Origin: an uncultured Gemmatimonadales bacterium
Lineage (GTDB): Bacteria; Gemmatimonadota; Gemmatimonadetes; Gemmatimonadales; Gemmatimonadaceae
Direction: 5' to 3'
Length of the DNA stretch: 64,000 bases
Assembly (NCBI GenBank): GCA_963851265.1
Contig: CAWKNZ010000002.1
Location: forward strand, 128,001-192,000
Part shown: piece by piece, positions 58,501-64,000 of the stretch
Numbering within the stretch: the stretch's first letter is position 1
Layout: each line of letters begins with the position of its first letter
Program-made: the position numbers and the translations under genes
Notes under the pieces: generated by a model
Seen by the model: only the letters and a program-made list of their open reading frames with translations
Told to the model about the DNA's origin: nothing
Databases searched by the model: none

Positions 58501-58782
58501 CCGCTGAACGACATGTTCCTGGAGAGCGGCAACTTCGTGCGCGTCCAGAACATTGTGCTCGGGTACACGCTGCCGGCCGCGGTGACGCAGCAGCTGCGGC
58601 TGAACACGACGGCGCGGCCGCGGATCTACGTGAACGTGCAGAACGTCGCCACGATCACGAAGTACAAGGGGTTCGACCCCGAGGTCGTCGGGTTCGGCGA
58701 CCCGCTCGCCCGCGGCGTGGACGACGGGTTCATTTACCCCAACCCGCGCACCGTCACGTTCGGCTTCGACGTCCGCTTTTGA
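55597..58782 (+). CDS. SusC/RagA TonB-dependent transporter
   Basis: PLYVVDG, VLKDASAAAQYGS, GVIVITT; C-terminal YPNPRTVTFGFDVRF; start could be 55525. Confidence 0.95.
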   Translation: MSYSPGRRRRRARPGTPLAAARAASRLSAVIALALLPGALLVVPAHDVAAQQPAQNTGRIAGTVLGTANAPVSDVQVVVTTAGGARLGGITNAQGRYNIGGVPVGTVTVRTQRIGFQPRTQTVAVTAGQVSTLDFQLVAAVAQLAPVQVGYTNEAQSRVTGAVATVTGNQVQDQKVATIEEAIRGRVPGVQVEAGGQPGRPAAITIRGPSSLGNTSPLYVVDGMYVGNQNPNINPDDIATFTVLKDASAAAQYGSQASSGVIVITTRRGQAGQNQFSANAYYGFQSIPKTLPMAGTAEFQSVFDTAYARAGITPPTGVTTPTSVNTDWQSAVMKTGAIQNYNAQASGGTPNASYLISGSVLNQDGTIINTNFRRASLRVNSDATRGRIHVGENLAVSQARQQNFPNGIFGGTELPLIDVVLLPPTIPVRDPNNPSGYGYGSLATPNYGTNPVAAAQSNYNVYRANAVIGSAFAEANLFAGLKYRLNVGVNYADSGNTVWNSSNQLRYLTPVLTGAFLRQSYPRSQQLLYENLLTYDGTFGGTDHRLTAVAGQTSQNNTYQQLTAYRQGFTNESLQQISAGSSTGSSNDGFTIPVRENSLLARATYSFRDRYLATGTVRRDCSSLFSPANRCGVFGSGSLGYVVSDEQFFKAIPLIGGADLFKLRVSTGVLGGQALNPFQYIPVVSQNINYFFNGTITSGAIQQALINENLRWQRNRNTDVGFDLGLLNNTLNITADYYQATLDQLLVQTSIPPDLGSSANPTVNAGRARNAGFELGATHQLRRGDFRLNTTLSVTTLANRVLSLGNGGQPLFAGFGGVARTTVGQPIGEFYLLRNCGLFQSAAAVQGHTSSVNGKAVVLQPGAQPGDVCYQDVNGDGVIDNSDRVNAGTPFPKLQTGLFLNSSFKSFDVGVNLRGSFGNKIYNVVRFNTENTSGLQNIQSGLDFWSQTNTSGTVPRAVFGTAGAANFNPLNDMFLESGNFVRVQNIVLGYTLPAAVTQQLRLNTTARPRIYVNVQNVATITKYKGFDPEVVGFGDPLARGVDDGFIYPNPRTVTFGFDVRF

Positions 58783-58811
58783 GGCGCACCTCGGCCCGCC
58801 CTCAACGCCCC

Positions 58812-58840
58812 GTCCGGGCGCCGCACCCCGGCGCCCGGAC
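58812..58840 (+). other. Intercistronic hairpin between susC-like and susD-like genes
   Basis: GTCCGGGCGCCG-caccc-CGGCGCCCGGAC. Confidence 0.55.
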
Positions 58841-58862
58841 CTACGCCTAACCGTCACCTTCG

Positions 58863-60407
58863 ATGCTTTCCCGCCTCATCCCGCCGGCGTTCCGCCGCGC
58901 CGGGCGCACCGCGATCACCGGCGCCGCCGCGGTCGCGGCGGTCCTCGGCGCGGCCGCCTGCAAGAACGACGTCAACATCACGAACCCCAACACCGTCACC
59001 GTCCAGACGTACTGGAAGAGCGCGACCGACGCGCAGGCCGGCCTCACGGCGACGTACAACACGCTCGGCTACCTGGGGACGTTCCTCAGGTGGCAGGGCT
59101 TCTCGTACGACATCCGGTCGGACGAGGGGACGAGCTTCAGCCCGTGGAACGACCTGCAGAACTTCTGCAAGTTCGTGTTCTCGTCGTACGACTTCGACGT
59201 GAACCGCGACACGTTCAACGACACGTACACGCTGCTGAGCCGCGCCAACCAGGTGGTCGCCCACGTGCCGGCGATCAGCATGGACACGGCGATGCGCAGC
59301 CAGATCGTCGCCGAGGCCAAGTTCCTGCGCGGGCTCGGCTACTTCCACATCGTGACGCTGTTCGGGCCTAACGCGCCGCTGATCACCGACACGGTCACCA
59401 TCACCACGCGCGCGGCGAGTTCGGACAGCGCGACGATGTTCGCGCAGATCGAGAAGGACTTCAGCGACGCGGCCGCGGTGCTGCCGAAGCAGACGATGAT
59501 CCAGTCGGGCGGCCACGCGACCGCGGGGGCCGCGCAGGGCATGCTCGGCAAGACGCTGCTGCAGGAGCGCAAGTGGACGCAGGCCGCCGCGGCGCTGCTG
59601 CCGATCGTCAACGGCCAGCTCGGCGGCTTCGCGCTGGAGGCGGGCCCGGCCGGGTACGCGCGGCTCTTCACCAACGCGGCGAACCTCAACAGCAACGAGT
59701 CGCTGTTCGAAGTGCAGATGGGCAACCCGACCCTCGCGGCCGCCAACGGCATCAACGGGCTCAACGTGTCGAAGATGATCGGCGCCTGCGGGCCGAGCTA
59801 CTGCGACGGGCGCCCGACGGTGTGGTTCTACCGGCAGTTCCTGCTCGACTCGACCGCGGACCGCAAGGTCGACCCGCGGCTCGACGTGACGCTCTTCCGC
59901 TACAAGGGCGACACGACGACGGTCTACGCGCAGACGTGGAAGCAGCGATACGGCAGCGACACGTCCACAGTCTACTTCAAGAAGTACGGCGAGTATTACA
60001 CCGGCTCGACGGACCAGGTCTGGGACGCGCAGATCAACTTCAAGGTGCTGCGCTACGCGGACGTGCTGCTCATGTACGCCGAGGCGCAGAACGAGCTCGG
60101 GAACACGGCCGCCGCGCTCCCGTACGTGAACCAGGTCCGCGCGCGCGTCAACCTCCTGCCGCTGTCGTCCGGGCTCTCGCAGAGCGCGATGCGCGCGGCG
60201 ATCCTCAAGGAGCGGCTGCTGGAGTTCGGGCTCGAGAGCCAGCGCTGGCTGGACCTCGGACGGCAGAACCTCTTCTCCGACGTGCCGACGCTGACCGCGC
60301 ACGACGCCGACTTCAAGAACTTCGTGTACCCGAAGTCGGTGCTCCTGCCGATCCCGCAGAACGAGATCAACCTGAATCCGAGCGTGAAGCAGAACCCGGG
60401 CTGGTAA
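58863..60407 (+). CDS. SusD/RagB nutrient-binding lipoprotein
   Basis: Lipobox AAAC; EAKFLRG, LRYADVLLMYAEA, ERLLEFGLESQRWLDL, PIPQNEI..NP...QNPGW. Confidence 0.95.
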   Translation: MLSRLIPPAFRRAGRTAITGAAAVAAVLGAAACKNDVNITNPNTVTVQTYWKSATDAQAGLTATYNTLGYLGTFLRWQGFSYDIRSDEGTSFSPWNDLQNFCKFVFSSYDFDVNRDTFNDTYTLLSRANQVVAHVPAISMDTAMRSQIVAEAKFLRGLGYFHIVTLFGPNAPLITDTVTITTRAASSDSATMFAQIEKDFSDAAAVLPKQTMIQSGGHATAGAAQGMLGKTLLQERKWTQAAAALLPIVNGQLGGFALEAGPAGYARLFTNAANLNSNESLFEVQMGNPTLAAANGINGLNVSKMIGACGPSYCDGRPTVWFYRQFLLDSTADRKVDPRLDVTLFRYKGDTTTVYAQTWKQRYGSDTSTVYFKKYGEYYTGSTDQVWDAQINFKVLRYADVLLMYAEAQNELGNTAAALPYVNQVRARVNLLPLSSGLSQSAMRAAILKERLLEFGLESQRWLDLGRQNLFSDVPTLTAHDADFKNFVYPKSVLLPIPQNEINLNPSVKQNPGW

Positions 60408-60416
60408 TCGCCGGGG

Positions 60417-60463
60417 CGCGCGACGGGGCGGGCGCCACGCGCGGGCGCCCGCCCCGTCGCGCG
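60417..60463 (+). terminator. Long hairpin after the susD-like gene
   Basis: CGCGCGACGGGGCGGGCGCC...GGCGCCCGCCCCGTCGCGCG. Confidence 0.55.
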
Positions 60464-60511
60464 TCCTACCTGGGGCACGCGCCCCGACCCGCCCGTCCCC
60501 CGACCCTTCTC

Positions 60512-61630
60512 ATGCGCCCTTCTTCTGCGTTGCGCGCCCGAGCCGCCGTCGCCGCGGCCGCGGCGTGCGCGTCGGCCGCCTGCGCCCGCAACACCCCCGC
60601 CGTCCGCCCCGCGCCGTCGGCGACGGCGTCGGGGGCGTGTTCGTTCACCAACCCCGTGATGCGCGGCGCCGACCCGTCGATCCTGCGCGCGGGCGGGTCG
60701 TACTACCTCGTGCAGTCGCGCGACACGGCGATCGTCGTGTACCAGGCCGCGCGGCTCGAAGACCTCGGCCGCGCGCGTCCGGTGCGCGTGTGGACGCCGC
60801 CCGACACCGGCTGGAACCACACGAACATCTGGGCGCCCGAACTCGTCCACCTCGACGGGCGGTGGTACATCTACTACGCCGCGGCGCACCGGCAGGGGCA
60901 GCCGTTCGTCGACCAGCGCACGGGCGTGCTGCGCAGCGTGGGCGACAGCCCGCTCGGCCCGTACGAGGACATGGGCCAGCTCTACACCGGCGACGGCCCC
61001 GCGCCGGCCGGGGGCCCGAGCCGGGCGCGGCCGAGCGTCTGGGCGATCGACATGACCGTGGGGCGCGTCAACGGGCAGCTCTACGCCGTCTGGTCGGGGT
61101 GGGAGCGACCCGCGGCGATCGACAAGACGCCGCAGCTGCTCTACATCGCGCCGATGTCGAGTCCGACGGCGGTCGCCGGACCGCGGCGCGTGCTGTCCGC
61201 GCCTAACGCGCCGTGGGAGCGCGGGCCCGAGCTCGACCTGCAGGAAGGCCCGGAGTTCCTCCAGCACGGCGCCGACACGTTTCTCGTCTACTCGACGCGC
61301 GACTCGTGGCTGCCGACCTACGAGCTGGGCATGCTGCGCTACAAGGGCGGCGGGGCCGACCCGACCGACTCGGCGAGCTGGACGAAGAGCGCCGGGCCCG
61401 TGTTCGCGTCCGGCAACGGCGTGATCGGGACGGGGCACAACACGTTCACGCTATCGCCGGACGGGCGCCAGGACTGGCTCGTGTACCACGCCAAGGCCGG
61501 GAACGAGCCGGGGTGGCGGCGCGACGTCCACATGCAGCCGTTCGGGTGGCGGGCGGACGGGGCGCCGGACTTCGGGACGCCGGTGCCTAACGGAACGCCG
61601 GTCGCCGCGCCGTCGGGCGAGTGCGGGTGA
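60512..61630 (+). CDS. GH43 glycoside hydrolase (arabinofuranosidase/xylosidase-like), lipoprotein
   Basis: GADP, IWAPEL, WAID, QEGP, GTGHN five-bladed propeller motifs. Confidence 0.92.
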   Translation: MRPSSALRARAAVAAAAACASAACARNTPAVRPAPSATASGACSFTNPVMRGADPSILRAGGSYYLVQSRDTAIVVYQAARLEDLGRARPVRVWTPPDTGWNHTNIWAPELVHLDGRWYIYYAAAHRQGQPFVDQRTGVLRSVGDSPLGPYEDMGQLYTGDGPAPAGGPSRARPSVWAIDMTVGRVNGQLYAVWSGWERPAAIDKTPQLLYIAPMSSPTAVAGPRRVLSAPNAPWERGPELDLQEGPEFLQHGADTFLVYSTRDSWLPTYELGMLRYKGGGADPTDSASWTKSAGPVFASGNGVIGTGHNTFTLSPDGRQDWLVYHAKAGNEPGWRRDVHMQPFGWRADGAPDFGTPVPNGTPVAAPSGECG

Positions 61631-61652
61631 AGCGCGCGGATCGGCCGCCGCG

Positions 61653-61811
61653 TCAGAACAGCGTGTAGATGAACGGCGCGAGCGCCGACCCCTGCGCGAA
61701 CGCGATCACGAGCCCCACGGCGAGGAGCACGAGCACGAGCGGCAGCAGCCAGAGCTTCTTCCGCGCGCGCATGAACGCCCAGAGTTCGGCGGGCAGGGAC
61801 GGTTGCGGCAC
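61653..61811 (-). CDS. DUF5989 (SxtK-like) small membrane protein, below the ORF-track cutoff
   Basis: Manual translation MPQPSLPAELWAFMRARKKLWLLPLVLVLLAVGLVIAFAQGSALAPFIYTLF (52 aa). Confidence 0.9.
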   Translation of the reverse strand: MPQPSLPAELWAFMRARKKLWLLPLVLVLLAVGLVIAFAQGSALAPFIYTLF

Positions 61812-61915
61812 GCGCGGAATCGACCAGGGCGGGGGTGAGCACCGGGCGAACGGCCTCCGCCGTTCGCCCCCGCAAGGCTAACGCGGGACGGGTCGGCCGG
61901 CCATCGGCGCCGGGT

Positions 61916-62323
61916 TCAGAACTGCCGCCGGAGGTCGCTCTGCCGCGCTCCCGGCGGCCGCTCCACCCAGAACGACGCGGCACCGCGCGGCCGCCCGAGC
62001 GAGCGCCGCCCGGCGATGCGCATGACGAGGCCGAACGGGGTGAACACGCCGAAGTAGATCACGCCGAGGAAGATGGGCGTGGTCACGCGCGAGACGGCGT
62101 GCGCGAGCCCCATCCAGGCGACGTATACGGGGCCGAGGCGTGCCGGCACGGCGAGACCGGCGACCAGAAGCGCGCCGCCGAGCACGCCGAACGCGGCCGC
62201 GGCCGTCGCGCGCCCGCGCCACGCGCCGGCGGCGCCCAACACGACGAACGCGCCGCCGACGGCGAGCGCGAACCGGCGCAGCTCGCGCGTCGTCGGCGCG
62301 GGGGCGTCGGCGGGTCCGGTCAC
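61916..62323 (-). CDS. SxtJ family membrane protein
   Basis: ELRRF, WMGLAHAVSRVTTPIFLGVIYFGVFTPFG, SFW...LRRQF. Confidence 0.88.
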   Translation of the reverse strand: MTGPADAPAPTTRELRRFALAVGGAFVVLGAAGAWRGRATAAAAFGVLGGALLVAGLAVPARLGPVYVAWMGLAHAVSRVTTPIFLGVIYFGVFTPFGLVMRIAGRRSLGRPRGAASFWVERPPGARQSDLRRQF

Positions 62324-62332
62324 GGCTCCACG

Positions 62333-64000
62333 TCAGTCGAGCGCGAGCGCGGCGGGCGCAGCGTGCGCCGCGTCGCTCGCGGCGTCGTGCGCCGCCCAGC
62401 CCGGCTGCGCGGCACGTTCCAGCACGTAAGGCCCGAGCACGAGCACATCCATGCGCGTGTCGCGGAAGCAGCGGATCGCGTCGGCGGGCGTGCAGACGAT
62501 CGGCTCGCCGCGCACGTTGAAGCTCGTGTTCACCAGGACGGGGCACCCGGTGCGCGCCTCGAACGCGGTGAGCAGCGCGTGGAAGGCCGGGTCGACGTCG
62601 GCGCGCACCGTCTGGACGCGCGCCGAGCCGTCGACGTGGGTGACCGCGGGCACGGCACCGCGGTGCGCGTCGCGCACGGGAGCGACGACGAGCATGTACG
62701 GCGCGTCGCGGTCGACCGCGAACCACTCGGCCGCGCGCTCGGCGCGCACGCTCGGCGCGAACGGGCGGAAGCTCTCGCGGAACTTGATGGCGCGGTTGAG
62801 GCGCGACTGCATCTCGGGGCGGCGCGGGTCGGCGAGGATGGAGCGGGCGCCCAACGCGCGCGGCCCGAACTCCATCCGCCCCTGGAACCACCCTACGACG
62901 GCGCCGTCCGCCAGCCGGTCGGCGACGCGCGCCGCGAGCGCCTCCGCGGGCACGCGCGCGTGCGCGACGCCCGCCGCGTGAAGGGCGGCCTCGATCGCGG
63001 CGTCGTCGAACGCGGGGCCGAGACGGGCGCCGCGCATGGCGTCCGTCGGTGCCCCGTCGGCGGCGCGCGCGACGCGGCGCGCGCCGCCGAGCGCGCGGTG
63101 CCACGCGAGTGCGGCGGCACCGAGCGCGCCGCCCGCGTCGCCCGCCGCGGGCTGGATCCACACGTCGCGGAACGGGCCTTCGCGCAGCACGCGCCCGTTG
63201 GCGACCGCGTTGAGCGCCACCCCGCCCGCCATGCACAACCGGTCGAGCCCCGTGAGCCGGTGCGCGGTGCGCGCCATGCGCAGCACGACCTCCTCGCACG
63301 CGTGCTGCACCGAGCGCGCGAGGTCGAAGTGACGCTGCTCGAGGGGCCCCTCGGGGGCGCGCGGCGGGCCGCCGAACAGGGCGTGGAACGCGCCGCTCGT
63401 CATCGTGAGCCCGCTCACGTACCCGAAGTAGCGCCGGTCGAGCGCGAACGAACCGTCGTCGCGCAGGCGCATCAGGCGCGACAGGATCAGGTCCGCGTAG
63501 CGCGGCTCGCCGTAGGGCGCGAGGCCCATGACCTTGTACTCGCCCGAGTTGACCCTGAACCCGAGGTAGGACGTAAACGCCGAGTAGAGGAGTCCTAACG
63601 AATCGGGGAAGTGCAGCTCCGCGAGCAGCTCCAGTTCTGCGCTCCGCCCCACGCCGATCGCCGCGGTCGCCCACTCGCCGACGCCGTCGACCGTGAGCAC
63701 CGCGGCCTCGTCGAACGGCGACGGGTAGAACGCGCTCGCCGCGTGCGACTCGTGGTGCTCGGCGTAGAGGAGCTCTCCGTCGTACGGGACGCCGGCGCCC
63801 GCGAGCGTGCCTAACGCGTGCCGCAACGCGCGGTCGGTGAAGAGCTTCTCCTTGACCCAGAGCGGCCCCGCCTTGAGGAACGAGCGGAATCCGCGCGGCG
63901 CGACCGCGAGGTAGGTCTCGAGCAGGCGGTCGAACTTGAGGAGCGGCTTGTCGTAGAACGCGACCGCCGCGAGGTCGGCGACCGCGACGCCGGCTTCGGC
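62333..64000 (-). CDS. O-carbamoyltransferase (NodU/CmcH/SxtI family), 5' end off window
   Basis: FYDKPLLKFDRLLETY, EHHESHAASAF, GEYKVMGLAPYG, EFGPRALG.RS, NTSFNVRGEP. Confidence 0.95.
   Translation of the reverse strand, partial: AEAGVAVADLAAVAFYDKPLLKFDRLLETYLAVAPRGFRSFLKAGPLWVKEKLFTDRALRHALGTLAGAGVPYDGELLYAEHHESHAASAFYPSPFDEAAVLTVDGVGEWATAAIGVGRSAELELLAELHFPDSLGLLYSAFTSYLGFRVNSGEYKVMGLAPYGEPRYADLILSRLMRLRDDGSFALDRRYFGYVSGLTMTSGAFHALFGGPPRAPEGPLEQRHFDLARSVQHACEEVVLRMARTAHRLTGLDRLCMAGGVALNAVANGRVLREGPFRDVWIQPAAGDAGGALGAAALAWHRALGGARRVARAADGAPTDAMRGARLGPAFDDAAIEAALHAAGVAHARVPAEALAARVADRLADGAVVGWFQGRMEFGPRALGARSILADPRRPEMQSRLNRAIKFRESFRPFAPSVRAERAAEWFAVDRDAPYMLVVAPVRDAHRGAVPAVTHVDGSARVQTVRADVDPAFHALLTAFEARTGCPVLVNTSFNVRGEPIVCTPADAIRCFRDTRMDVLVLGPYVLERAAQPGWAAHDAASDAAHAAPAALALD

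Larger units (their letters stand above)
5353..63815. repeat. Dispersed heptamer GTTAGGC/GCCTAAC, at least 25 copies
   Basis: GTTAGGC at 5353, 8932, 12467, 12720, 17839, 30089, 37147, 44839, 46948, 48467, 49349; GCCTAAC at 9535, 17063, 19159, 20082, 21942, 37404, 45234, 46330, 50892, 58845, 59366, 61201, 61585, 63809. Confidence 0.85.

Noticed and set aside
5353..63815. TTAGGC as a nematode-type telomere repeat, or the heptamer as a Chi/KOPS site
   Set aside because: Copies are single, dispersed and inside bacterial genes rather than tandem, and the orientations are balanced (11 versus 14) rather than polarised.
1..64000. Many long Arg/Ala/Pro-rich overlapping ORFs (e.g. 3385-6075 +, 55465-58857 -, 50585-53068 +, 32260-34632 -)
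   Set aside because: Shadow and antisense frames expected at very high GC; they overlap genes with clear family motifs and have none of their own.
61653..64000. Saxitoxin biosynthesis
   Set aside because: No sxtA, sxtG or other core genes in the window, and the triad is widespread in non-producers.

Overview
Very GC-rich bacterial chromosomal segment. Gene content (SusC/SusD pair, PEP-CTERM protein, tandem M16 peptidase pairs, Chlamydia/plastid-type FabI, YtxJ, many Ala/Pro-rich exported proteins) suggests Gemmatimonadota (Gemmatirosa/Roseisolibacter-like); this is inference. About 60 CDSs: housekeeping genes (mutS, holA, serA, fabI, csp, desA, yggX), many exported hydrolases and peptidases, an ECF sigma/anti-sigma pair, a LacI-SusC-SusD-GH43 carbohydrate locus, and a carbamoyltransferase/SxtJ/DUF5989 triad running off the right end. 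I saw no rRNA, tRNA, CRISPR, IS or prophage. Two signals stand out beyond the gene list. (1) The non-palindromic heptamer GTTAGGC/GCCTAAC occurs at least 25 times on both strands, mostly inside genes through rare synonymous codons (TTA, CCT), like a DNA-uptake or protein-binding signal. (2) All eight recognisable signal-peptidase-I substrates start with Gln after the predicted cleavage site, and the window encodes a lipoprotein glutaminyl cyclase, suggesting a Bacteroidota-style Q-rule. Start codons were chosen by eye and some are uncertain.
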